A stretch of 57,986 bases of DNA, counting the filler, from Sphacelaria rigidula (lineage: Eukaryota), in the NCBI GenBank assembly GCA_964200075.2. It is 8 parts of 8 records of this genome, joined end to end, with 100 filler letters (N's around TTAATTAATTAA, not from the genome) between each part and the next. Parts side by side here need not be neighbours in the genome. Positions count along the whole stretch, not along the records: positions 21,785 to 28,945 come from CAXNAA020016194.1; positions 29,046 to 36,206 come from CAXNAA020016195.1; positions 36,307 to 43,466 come from CAXNAA020016196.1; 5 more parts are not named here. One strand, 5' to 3'. Within the stretch, counting starts at the first letter, position 1. Each line of letters begins with the position of its first letter. The position numbers and the translations under genes are program-made. The notes beneath the pieces were generated by a model, which worked only from the letters and a program-made list of their open reading frames with translations, was not told the origin of the DNA and searched no databases. This document shows, one piece after another, positions 25,729 to 37,427 of the stretch.

Positions 25729-26980
25729 TATGATGAATTAGTGTGGCAAATCTTTTAGCGGGGTAACTCATCCCCCTCTGCATGTTTGCAGTAACCGTCA
25801 TTTTCTCGTTGACGTTCAAGCGCTTGCTTTTAGCAACAAACTAAGAGCAATGGGACCGACCTGTACTGTAGCATAGCCTACCTGAACGCTGTGCAAATAG
25901 TACAATATTCACAATCGCCTTTTGGTCCAAAATCAAATTTGGAGTTCGGCGACCATTGGGAGGGGAGATAACCCATCTTCCTCGCATCGACAGGTGAGCT
26001 GCGGGGAGAGGTTATGTGCACGGCACCCTGTAGTACAGATCGGTAGTACGAGCACAGAGAGAGACTCTGGACATATTCTGCATGTACGTACTATCAAGGT
26101 CTATAGGGTATGTATTTGAGTTGTTGCATATTCACTATGAATGGCTGCTTGATCGTGTGTTGAATAGTTTCTGGTGGGGTACTACTCATCGCAAAGGGAC
26201 ATTATTTCAGGCGCTCGGCCGCTGGGGTCGATGTCTCGGAATGCATCTGGCAAGACATTCAGCAATTCCACTACGTTGGTTACCAGCATAGAGTAGGTTT
26301 CCAATTAGTTGCCACACCACACCGTCTGCGGTCTGCCAAACAAGTAGCACGCATATGGTACAAGTGCATCCAAGTAAGTACAATACAGCTGTTCAAGTGC
26401 TACTATAGTAGGTTTCCGGCTTGCAAGAAGAGAGGTTGTTTATTTGCAGCGGTGCTTCAGTAGTAGTCGGCTAGCATTGCTGCGCGTAGCTTGGAGTGCC
26501 GACAGAAGGTATGTACTCGAAATGTTGTGCTGTAAGGTCAGTATTGTAGAACGGCACAGGCGCTGTTGCCGAGTACTGCCATCATTTACATGTTACATGA
26601 GTACACGACAGCACGTATGCCTTGACTTACCTACTGCTGGCAGGAGCCGCTGGCTTGAGTGCATCGCATGTACGTGCTATCCGTCAGACGCAACTTAATA
26701 AGTTCTACACGCGTGTGGGGGATGCCGACAACGCTAGTCGAGACAGGTTCGAAAACCAGTGAGGGTCAAGGACAAGTACGACATACCTACTCGTGACAGT
26801 TGACGTCAAGGGAGACTTCTGAGCCACACAGCCATGAGTTGTCACGAGGTTACAATCGCTCATCGGCTCGGTACAACATTACGGATGCTATGCTAGCGGT
26901 TGGTGCGTGCCATCCCATGATTGGTTTGCATTTGCGGCGAGCCGGCCAATCAATGATCAAGAGGCACATCCAGTGAGGCT

Positions 26981-27215
26981 AGTTTACCGGCGTTGGGATA
27001 CAAATGTTTGTGGTTGACGCAATTTCACAAGTATCGCCACCCCTAACCCTAACCCTAACCCAACGCATACCGAGAACGCCCGGCCAACGGCGGTATATAC
27101 ATTCCCTAAGCAAAGTGCGGCCTTGGTAGACCCCAAATCGGCGCCTGTGGCCGTTGTTGACACTCAAATCAGGTAATATTAACCGTGAACATTTGTAGCC
27201 AAACGCCGGTAAACT
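26981..27215. mobile_element. MITE with 28-bp TIRs carrying an internal (CCCTAA)3 tract
   Basis: AGTTTACCGGCGTTGGGATACAAATGTT ... AACATTTGTAGCCAAACGCCGGTAAACT (2 mismatches); CCCTAA x3 at 27041-27058. Confidence 0.8.
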
Positions 27216-27770
27216 CTACTGCATGCAGTTCATCGACTGCCGAGAATTTCAATTCGTCGGAAGAGAAAACAAGCATATTGCGGACTGTTGTTGGGGAAGA
27301 ACACTCCAGGTGGTTGATCTCACAAGTTTGTGATCAACGCTGTACCGGAGTGCGTGCTCAAATTTCGCATCATACAGGATACTCGCGGGAAATCAGAGCG
27401 AAGTACCCTCTCCTGTTCTTCACGTTCGGTAGATTCGGTGAACCAAGAGAACATCGTTGCGGCTGTAGTTCCGAAGTTTCAAATAGCGTGAGCGGTTGTT
27501 GAAATATAGCCCACCCGCTTGCAAACGGACGTCGGCCACCCGGTGGGATTCAGCGCTGTGGTTGGTCGTTCAAAATCTCAAAAATAGCATTTATGTATAT
27601 ATACGACGTTTGCTTATAGAGTAGTACACTTGACTGCTGTGCCCGATGCCACCAAAGTAAGAAAATCGCATCTTGCAGGCGCTACCCATATCCGAATGAT
27701 TTCATTTGATGAAACAAACCACGCAACGCATGTTCATTGGATGGCCTGGGGTAGTCAGTAAGATATACCT

Positions 27771-28009
27771 TGTCAGGATAAGGTACAATAGTCTAGTGAC
27801 ATACCTGCTTGAGTTCCGGGTACTACGCGGGATGACTGTACAGTGTGATGTTAGTGACACGACATACGTGAGTGGTGCTTGTCGCATCTTGAGATCTTGA
27901 CTCCTACTGGGGCCCGTTTCTGTCTTCGCTCTTTATCCAACAAAGCTTAATATACATTTCTACCTCATCTTGATCGGCAGCCAGCCGTGTCCACCGATCG
28001 ACTATCACA
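27771..28009 (+). mobile_element. Putative 5' LTR of a retrotransposon
   Basis: TGT...ACA termini directly upstream of a gag relic. Only one LTR is in the contig, so the boundaries are inferred. Confidence 0.45.
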
Positions 28010-28136
28010 TACGTGTCCATTGATCGACTTCTGCGTCGAGTCTGCACCCCATCCTCTCACGCGGTCACAGAGCTACAAACACTCGAACACTCCAGAGCAC
28101 TCTACCCAACTTGGGAGCTTTGTGGCCAAGGGACCG

Positions 28137-28890
28137 ATGGCAGACTGGAGCACCGCGAAAAGACACTCGGCCGTCGTGGGAGACACGTCGTCTCCAACGG
28201 AAATGCTGGAGGTGAAAGAGAATGTCACCAGCTTGCAAGGATCGGTGACGGGAATTACCGAGCAGGTAGCGGAGCTGAGGATGATGATGTCCCAATTAGT
28301 GCCGGGACATCGTCCACTGACCCTGGAGCGGCAGCCGACTGGGAGGGAGAGTCAGGCGACGGGAGGCACACCGTCGCCGGTGTCGGCATAGGAAGGGTCC
28401 GGTTACCACACGGAGAAGGGATTGGATCAGGCCCTCTCCAAGGATCCGTGGGCGGTGGATAAACCCAAGTAAGTATAAACGAGGGGTCCCCGGCGTCCTA
28501 CCCTCACATCGGCGTGGAGAACTATTTTCGTGTAGATGAAAAGTTTGACAGTAGGGAGGAAAATTGGCCATTGTTCCGTGATGATGATTCCCTGACACGA
28601 GTCAGTGCCGCAGTTATCATAAGCGCCTCACGTGACAGACGGGGAATATTGCCGTATGACACAGGAAACTGGCCAGGACCCCAATGAATAGTGGCAAGGG
28701 AAGTCGAAATTCTTTTTACGACGGAGCTAAAAAAATACGGGGGATTCGAAACCTGATGGGCGTGAAAATGGTTCTGTAAAGCAGAAGCGATGTCGGATTT
28801 GCCGGAAGCGAACAGCACACTTCGCGCGTGACTGTCCGGAGCGATATTGCACGAGATGCGGAAAAAAGGGATATTCAGGATTGCACACCT
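28137..28890 (+). pseudogene. Degenerate LTR-retrotransposon gag with two zinc knuckles
   Basis: N-terminal coiled coil (VKENVTSLQGSVTGITEQVAELRMMMSQL), internal stops, then CRICRKRTAHFARDCPERYCTRCGKKGY from 28791 (tandem CCHC knuckles, the second degenerate). Confidence 0.75.
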
Positions 28891-30103
28891 CGGATAACGT
28901 AGTACCTACCAATTTGTGTTAAGTTGCTGTCAAGTCAGACCCTAGNNNNNNNNNNNNNNNNNNNNNNNNNNNNNNNNNNNNNNNNNNNNTTAATTAATTA
29001 ANNNNNNNNNNNNNNNNNNNNNNNNNNNNNNNNNNNNNNNNNNNNAAGGGATGCGTGGTCAATGGTCAAATGACTAAGGCAAGCAACAAATGAGTACGCC
29101 CCCCCCCCCCTCGAGAATGGGCCAACAGGGGCGTACAGCAGGTCTGGGGGGGAACGAGGCTTGGTCGGGCATTTTGGGTTCGCGACAAACTTAGACGTTA
29201 ACCGGTTGGATTGTCGAGCGCCACTTCTCATTGAGTACACACAGAAGGCGCAACCCTGCCAGGTACCGAGACCGTGAGTGTTGGCGGAACGGGTCCCCTA
29301 CTAACGTGAACTGCGGTGTGTTCTGCTATCGCAGTTAGCCTAGTAGGTGCGCCCGCACACGTCAAGTGTCAAACTGGTTAGGATCGATCTCCACTGCACG
29401 GGGACCCGTTCGTCATATAGTTATTTCCTGGTCGTTTAAATTCCGAGCGCGGGTGAGTGCTGACCATGGTGCGCTCCCAAAACACCTGGGAACGCACTAG
29501 AATGCGTACTAAATGTGAAACCAATGTAAGATAAAGGGTAACAGGCAGAACATGAGAGGTATCTCCTAACATGAGTAGACGCGGCGGGGTGTGCCCCCCA
29601 CGCACGTGGCCAAAAAGAGGTACACGGCCATCTAAAACGATAGCCGGTGCTTGTTTAGCGCCGCCTTTTTTGTTCAGTAGGGCTGAGCTGTGCCAGAGTC
29701 TCCGAGGGGCTACTTGGGGGGGACAGAATGGGCGTATAGCCATACAAGCCCACGTGCTAAGCGTTTTTCCAAGGGAGTACAGTACTCGGCGTACACTACC
29801 GCTTTTGAGCCGAAGTCTGGAGGGAGCGGGTGGAAGCACCGTTTATTTGCCTGTCGCCACACACATAATGGTGGCTGTTTGTCCGCAACCTATCCACGCA
29901 CGCTTCCACAAAATTTCCTCCCGCTTTGCTTCCACAAAAGTGCTGCGGATACAAACATTGGCTGTGTCGTCACGCACCTGAATACCGAATATCGCCATCG
30001 CCCTGTCCGCCGCAATTCCACACACAGCCTGATCATCATTCGACTCCTGCCACACGCCCACTCCTTCCCCCCCGCGCGCGGTGCTTGAACAATGTCATCG
30101 CAG

Positions 30104-30773
30104 GAAAAACATAAAGTTCCGTCGATCGGCGGCTGTCTCGCTCGCGGCTTTGCTTGCCGCCTTTCCCGAGTGCTGCGTCTACGACATGGTGGCGCCTACC
30201 CTCCTACGCCTCGCCGGCCTCGTCGGTCCGCCCGGATCGGCGGAGGCAGATGGTAACTCCGGCGACCACGGTAAAGAAGACCCCATCATGCAAGCGCGTG
30301 CTGTTTCGGCGTTGGCCGCGGCGTGGCCACGTATGCCTCCGCCACAATCCACGCATCCATCGGCGAGAACGTACAGACTAGGCGTGTCTCCGGGTCAGGA
30401 GAGTAGTGGCGAGGCTGGACAGGAGGAAACCGGCGACGTAGTTGTCGCTGTTGGTACGGTGGCGGCAGCGACTCGCGAGGTGGTGTACGGCGTGCAGCGG
30501 AGGCACGCGGCGAGCTTAACACGTGCGCTGACGGACGCGATACCGCGCAAGGTTTGGAGTGTCCGTGTACCCATCCTTCACGCGCTGGCAGCGATCGTGA
30601 GCAGGAGCTATGTCCCGCCGGCTGCTGGAACAGCGGCGGCGGCGGCGGCGGCGGGGGGGGGGACGGACGAGGTCGGCGGGGGTTTGAGGATGGGGGCCAT
30701 TTTGACGAGCGCCCTGCTTGCCGCCATTGTCGAGACTGTCGAAGTTGGAGCACAGGACGTCAAGTACTCCCAG
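30104..30773 (+). CDS. ECM29: Proteasome adapter and scaffold protein ECM29, penultimate exon
   Basis: CAG acceptor and CAG|GT donor. HEAT-like helices KNIKFR...LAAAWP...VWSVRVPILHAL...DVKYSQ match the ECM29 C-terminus as I recall it (ENVKYK...LGKAWP...TWKVQ...KTYSSVR). Confidence 0.8.
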
Positions 30774-31597
30774 GTGTGTTTTCGGGGGGCAGGCGCGTGG
30801 CACCGATGTGGTGCGGTACGAGTACAGTGCTGAGTGTCAAAGATGACGATTCGCTTGCAACCTGCGCTATGATGGTTGTAATAGTTTAGTGGAAGCAACA
30901 TCGCTGAATCTCATGATGCTTCCATGGTCTCACCCGTTTCATTTCTGTTCCTGCTTCGTTTCTGTGCTACCTACTTCACTGAAGCCATACGGCAGGGGCC
31001 TGGCATTTGATCGGGAGAGGTTTATCTGGACCGGTGCTTGGACCAGATATTGGCCTCCCGTTATTCTCAAGTCTTTTTCCTCATCTCTCCTTTCACTTTC
31101 TCTATTCCATTTTCGTCGTTGATTTTTTCTCGTTGATCAGTTCACCCTGTTCTCCCTGCCTCTTGCGTAGTTTGTCCTCCCTGGACAATCCTACAGCAAG
31201 TGATACCGTATTTGTTTTACCTTAGGTACATACATCTTCTCATCTTACAAATACGGCTAGATTCGTACGGCGTCAGCCGATATACGACAATCAACCAACC
31301 AAGTATTCATCAATACACCGGCGAAAGATACGATCGTGTAGTGTGGGTGTGTCCCTGTAGGCAATGTTTTCCCACCGTACACTATAGTTCATGCATTTCG
31401 TGCCGGAGGCCACTGCGGTCACGTTACGCGCTCGATGAGAATTCACCAATTTCAAGGCGAAGACAAAAAAGGAAGCAATGATTGACGACCTCCTGAAAGA
31501 AAAAACCTACCGCGTTCAAACTGGTACGCTGACTGTCATACCCAACCAACGACATCAACTGCTACATCGAATACGATCATGTTCCTTGTTACACCAG

Positions 31598-31777
31598 GTA
31601 CGGGCTGCTGCGAATTCCGTGGTAGTTGCGATGACTTCTCGCAAGGAGCTACAGCTAGCGTTGATGCCGCACAAGGAGGGACTAGTCGCAATCGCACGGT
31701 CAGGGACAGAGGATCCGGAGCCGAGAGTGGCAATGGAGGGTAGCAAGGCAGCACAGAATCTAGCCTGGTGGCCTTGA
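31598..31777 (+). CDS. ECM29: ECM29, terminal exon
   Basis: CCAG acceptor, phase 0, giving KYSQ|VRAAA...EDPEPRV...NLAWWP*. Confidence 0.8.
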   Translation, partial: VRAAANSVVVAMTSRKELQLALMPHKEGLVAIARSGTEDPEPRVAMEGSKAAQNLAWWP

Positions 31778-32714
31778 TTTGACGCCTTGGCTGTCGTTTT
31801 TTTGCCTGTTAAAACTGCCGCGTTTGTTCGAGAATGTTTGCGGCTCTGCTGGAAGAGACCAGATGCAAGGACTGCGCTGAGCCGTCCGTGGTGTGAACCC
31901 GATTTACTCATCGCGTCTGTGTTGTGTGGTAAAGCAGACCCTGTTGGATATTGTTGTGTGTCGTGAAGAGTTTGCCTCGATGACGTATTTTCGTCGTACG
32001 GCGATGTCTTCTGTGCCCTGTAGAGAAGTCTATAGCCCCCATGTTTTGTGATCTGTGTAATCTCGACCCGACTGGACCAAGTGTTTGAATTTTTCGGTTG
32101 GTATATCCTGATATCAAATTAATGTGAGGTATAAAGCCCGAGTAATCCGTGATGGTTTTTGCTGCGCTTGAAACAACAGCAACCTAGGGACTTCGCTCTT
32201 GCCTGCCGTGGTGGCGCATCACAAACTTCGACGGTGTACCCTTCACAGTGCAGTCATCCCACATCTCGGTCGATTGCAACACACCGACTCAGCTGCGGCA
32301 GTTTACTTTGCGCGTTGTCTCTATCTGCGCCGTCTCCACAGAATCTGCGGAAGTTTTCCCAACAACCGAGTTATGTTCACGTGTAGAGGCGAATAGAAGT
32401 CGGTCGGCAAAGAATGCTCATAATCCGCCCTGTATGACTGATGGTCTGGAATGGATGCTAGACTGGCAAGGTCTCAACAAAAACCGCCGAGACCAGAAGC
32501 CATGCGGAACTGTCCATCATATTCACCCCGACCGACACTCGGCCAGCCATACTGGGCCCCTCAACAGCAATCTACAAAAGCGGTGCTCTGCACCATTCCC
32601 GATAGTCCTCTGTGAGATGCACCGCCTCGCTGCAACCGTTGCTGCGTGAAGGGGGTACAGAGAAACACGTCTGTCGTCCGGTGCGGGTGCGGATGTTTGG
32701 TTGGCCTCAAACAA

Positions 32715-32988
32715 TCATCTGCGAATACTGCACAGCACGAATTCTTCGAATCCACCAGCATGACCTCCTGCTATTGCTGGTACTTCGAAGTCCCCGGCAT
32801 CCGTCGGAGCCGTGGCGGTGATGTTTGAGGCGGTACCCCCACTGATGGGACCACCTACGACGGGTACAGCGGACGTGCGCCGGCTTAGCGCATCCAACAG
32901 CGGGGCTGGTAGCACGGCGGATATTCTTTTTAAACGATAGCGAAGCCCGCACGCACGGAGTCTGAGCAGGAACTCGTCAAACCCCGGC
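32715..32988 (-). CDS. Family-16 methyltransferase, terminal exon
   Basis: Polypyrimidine tract plus CAG, giving STR|PGFDEFLLRLRACGL...FVLCSIRR*. Confidence 0.75.
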
Positions 32989-33371
32989 CTGGAAAAAAAG
33001 GAAAAAAAAACGTGGAGAGGGGGAAACAAGGAAGAGACAACGCGGCGTGAAATTGCGTTATTATCCGAAAAGGAAAACCAAAGAGCCGGCGTAACGTCGT
33101 ACCGCACACCGAACCCTAAGAGGTTGTCCAACATATCCCACCGTGCCCTATGAGAGGTTCGGGCAAACTGCGCAGGCTCACAAGATGGCAGGAAGTCCTG
33201 AGGAGGTCATTTAACCTTCATGAAAATCTGGCAGCCAGATGAAGTGCAAGAACGCAGGAGTAAGAGATGAGCTCGACTAAGTGCAGCCCTCCGTCTACAG
33301 CATACACATGCAGAGACTTTGCACTTCACAGAAACTCCGTCTTGAGTGAAAACAAATCTTGTGTTGAACAC

Positions 33372-33603
33372 CTTGTGGAGAGCTGCACGATGTACGCGGC
33401 GCAGCACCCGCCCTCCGAAAAGGCTTCCAGCAGAACATTGGCCACGGAGGCGTGGTGCGGGCTGTAGATGAGGGCCGAGCCCAAAATGACATCGCAGCGA
33501 GGGATCGCCGATTCCCACCTTTTTCCGCCGCTATTTGCGCCCTCCTCCTGCCCCACCGCCGTTCCCACTAGCGGCGCCGGTGCGGCATCCCCTAATGAGA
33601 GGT
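33372..33603 (-). CDS. Family-16 methyltransferase, internal exon
   Basis: CDVILGSALIYS (motif II/post-II region); CAG acceptor phase 1, AG|GT donor phase 2. Confidence 0.75.
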
Positions 33604-34060
33604 CTGTTGGAGTCGAGAAATGACCAACACGAAAGGACAACACACAACAGATGGGTCAATAATTTTACCATAGCATGCGGCCGCGGATTTTTCGTGTGCC
33701 GGTGTGACTTCTTCCTGCCTGTGAATGATGCTCAACCCTCAGACGGTGAGAGTAGGTCATCTGTTGAATCGGCACCAATTTCACTTGAAAGAAGTATGCA
33801 TGATCCAGATGGACTACCCTCGCGGTCTAGGAGTTAGACTGATGATTCACCAGTATCAAACACTGTCCACACTGTAAGCAACCCGTTCGTTCTCATCGAC
33901 CGCAAGAGAGTGTGGCACTCTGTACACATAACAAAAGTATCAATTTATGCTTGGCTGTAAGTACGAAAATGCGCATTTCTGACGAAAGTGAAAAAAAGCA
34001 ACACAGATTTGGCCCGCGCAGATGCCATTCCCACCACCACCACGACAACACAGATCTCAC

Positions 34061-34579
34061 CCGGCGCGGAGACATACCCCTCATCTTCCCACCAATCGCC
34101 GTCATCACCAAGGCCATCGCCGGCATAACCATGGCGAGACGCATCTTTTACCCCTTCACGTCGAGTAAAGGTCGTCCAATCTAGTTTGCAGACGTCAACC
34201 CGGCAAAGCGGCGACAGAGATTGAGAAGGCCGTTCTGTAGACCGCAGTCCACGAACACCGGTGTCGCCGCCACGGTCACACTTAACCGCCGGGTCTCCGA
34301 CTCTAAGGGAACCTCTACCAGTGAACGCAGGAGTGGACGTATCGAAGGCATCCAAGTCTCCATCACAATGGCCAGCAGTCGAAGCACCACGGTCAACATC
34401 GCCGCCGGCTACGGCATCTCTACCGTGGCAGTCATGCGCCGTCTCTCCCCTCCCTGACGCGCGTGGCAGCGGCAGCCTTGAAGGTGTATTTCCGCCCCGG
34501 TTTTCGACCAGGGTAATGGCTGGCTCGAGGTTTAATTTCACGTTAAAGCGGAGATTCTCCAGCAGCTCGTCGATGTAGT
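34061..34579 (-). CDS. Family-16 (METTL21/EEF2KMT-like) lysine methyltransferase, first visible exon
   Basis: DYIDELLENLRFNVKLN (post-I motif) and VCKLDW. AAG acceptor; the G|GTGAGA donor is phase-compatible with the next exon. Confidence 0.75.
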
Positions 34580-35148
34580 CTTCACAAAAAATAACATGAG
34601 GCGAATCGAGCGGGAGCCACAGGGGTGAAAATGGGGGCACGCAGGGAGGGAGAGTGGCTAAATTTCGCTTTCACCTTCCACCGCACATGTAATACACAAC
34701 GAGATTTCGCGGGCTCAAGATAAAGTACCCGTATCTTCAAGAGCCGCAATGGCAACGGCACCCCCGGCGTGGCGATACATCGGGCTTCATTGGCGGAAAT
34801 TGGTATCCAGATGTCGCACAGGATTGGAAACAAAAAGCATTGAGGTGTCATCCGAAACCACATGAACATGATCGCTATTGATAGACGAACCTACGAGTGT
34901 CGTCTATTGTACACGATTCTACAGAATATCTAGCTTTTCTTTTTTCTTTTTATTTCTGCCAGACTTTTAATCCCCACCTCCTTCGTGGGACCAGGTTCGG
35001 CGAAACCCGGCGTGCTCCATCCTGGCTCTGTAGGGATACGGGGTCAAGGGTCTGATGACTACGGCATGCATTTCATGAGTCCACCCCCTCCTCTCTTTCT
35101 CGGGACGACTCCGTGGTCTCAAGAGATCAACTCATCTCTCCCGCAGTA

Positions 35149-36206
35149 CAAGCTGGGCCAGCCTAAAAACGGCTTTAAGCTCTCAAAGCGATATCTCAAC
35201 GACACAGACAAGTTGGGCCGTGATCCGCATATCGTATTAATCATCTAATCAAGGGGAAGGTACCCATCTGCTCAAAAATCTGGGCCAATTTTTTCTCGTT
35301 GATTAAACCCCATGTCGAGTATTTCCTATACCTAGCGGAGATAGCGTCCACACTAAAATCTATATAAAACCCCGAACGATCGATTAAGGGGATGATGATT
35401 TTTGGTGTGGACCTTCCCTGGAGCATGAGGAGACGATAGATACCCTCACCTTCACCTGATTCGTTATTATATACTTCGTATCTCGAGATATGGCGCACGT
35501 AAATTTCGATACTAAAATCAGTATATTACGAGCAGAGGCAATAGGTGACCTAAATGTGGATATCGCGTCTCAGGTTTTGAGAGTCGTGCTATGAAATTTG
35601 ATATGGAGAACCGCTAGTGCATACTAAAACAAAAATACACAGCTTTGTCGTTTTTTTCGTTTTTTTTAAATCTCTTTTCGTGTTTTTAGGGGAGTTTTGA
35701 GGAGAACTGAGCATTGCTCTTGGGCCTTCTCTCATTTTTCAGCTCAATTTTTAGAATTGTGTTTTGAAACTTGGCATGGAGAACGACGGAGGTCTGCTGA
35801 GTAAAAAAAAATGGGCCTTCATTTTTTTTTTTATAAGAGGTTCGGGCGTTCTCGTGAAAAAATAGTCGTGACTATACTAAAACGCCTCTAATCAGTGAAA
35901 AATAAAATAAAAACCAACCTCACCCATTTTTCTTGGTTCATCATGACCTAGGGAGGTCCCGCACAAAGTTTCAACCCACAAACACCAAACGTGGGCCGAT
36001 AAACGACCTACAAAATAATGTTCCGAATTTCCGCCGGCCCGTTTTTTTAAAAGTGAATTCGCATTTTTTTTCTTGGAGTTGGACAGTGAAATTTGGTTTG
36101 GACAATCGACAGGGCATGAAAAAAAGCTGTCTGTGAGGTCCCGAATATATATATATATATATATATATTTCATGAGTTCAGGGCAAAAATCATTTTTGAG
36201 GTTTTA
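35149..36206. mobile_element. Probable Tc1/mariner-type non-autonomous element, right end missing
   Basis: Begins TA-CAAGCTGGGCCAG like the MITEs in contig 1; AT-rich non-coding body runs to the contig end. Confidence 0.4.
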
Positions 36207-37242
36207 NNNNNNNNNNNNNNNNNNNNNNNNNNNNNNNNNNNNNNNNNNNNTTAATTAATTAANNNNNNNNNNNNNNNNNNNNNNNNNNNNNNNNNNNNNN
36301 NNNNNNGGGGGCGCAACCGCGAGCCAAAAAGCTCTACCCGGCAGAGAAGGCCCAGCCGGAGGCGTCTCCGGAGGGCCCCAGTGGAGGCGCCGTGCCTGAG
36401 TCACGGTTTTACGCAGTTTGGCTTCACTAGAGCTAAAAAACACGGAAAAGTGTGGCCAATTTTCAAGGGCTGTACGTAGCGTACGTAGCCGGTAATAGCC
36501 TCTAAAGCCGCTAACGGTAAATAATGGTTTGAAACCATTATCCAAGATTTTCTAATATAACCATTACCATTATTACCATTATAATGATAATGGTCAGTTA
36601 TAACTGGTACCATTTTCGAGCTCTAATCATGGCACGAATCGAACTCAGTAACATGTCTCGGAAACGTGCGTAATCATCTAAGGCCCAAATTCCATAAACA
36701 ATCAATCGATTATGACACGAATCGAAGCCGAAAATATCGTGTGTTTTTTTCGCGTGATCAGTTGACAATGTGTAAATCTTTGCGACGTTCATTTCCCTCA
36801 CGGAGACAGGCCGTGCTATATTGGGGAGCCGTAAAACGGGAGTGGGCGCATCCTGTACGATCGTTCTTCTTCTTCGTGCCACTGCTAGCTACGATGACCT
36901 TGATGTTGGGGCGGGGGGCCTGGATAGCCGCATGTGAGCATCGTTGCGCAAGTGATCGGTGCATGATAATGTAGTCATTTCTTGTACCGTGTTTGTCGTT
37001 TCCATTTTTTCCTCATCATATTTTGTCATCGGGACCGGCTATCCGTGTTTTTGTTCTCTTCTCCTTTTCTTCCTTCTTGTCGTCGTCGTCGTCGTTGTCG
37101 TCGTTATCATCGTCCACACCGTCATTCGCATGTATTTTTGTTGTCGTCATCAACCGTATCGCCGTGTGCGTGCGTGAGACCCACTGTCACCATCCGCATC
37201 GCCATGTGTGTGTGCGCGTGCGTATTGAACCCGCTCGAGCAG

Positions 37243-37427
37243 CTGAAGGTCACTCACCGGGGGTGCCCTTGGTCGCCTTCATAATCCTCGGTACTCTGGT
37301 GTTCCTGTTGGAAATGGCAATGTACCGCAGATGGCTGTTCAACGTCACCAATAGCATAAGCAGGGCCAACCCCGCCTATCAGCTGGCTGTTGTTGGAAAC
37401 TTTATTCTTGCATCAATGGGCGCCAGG
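37243..37427 (+). CDS. SLAC1/SLAH-like (TDT family) anion channel, internal exon
   Basis: FLLEMAMYRRWLF...ISRANPAYQLAVVGNFILA matches plant SLAC1 FLELKIYGQWL...ANPSSHLSVVGNFVGA (recalled). AGG|GTGAGA donor; the acceptor position is less certain. Confidence 0.82.

Noticed and set aside
27041..27063. True chromosome end
   Set aside because: Only three units, internal to the contig and inside a MITE.
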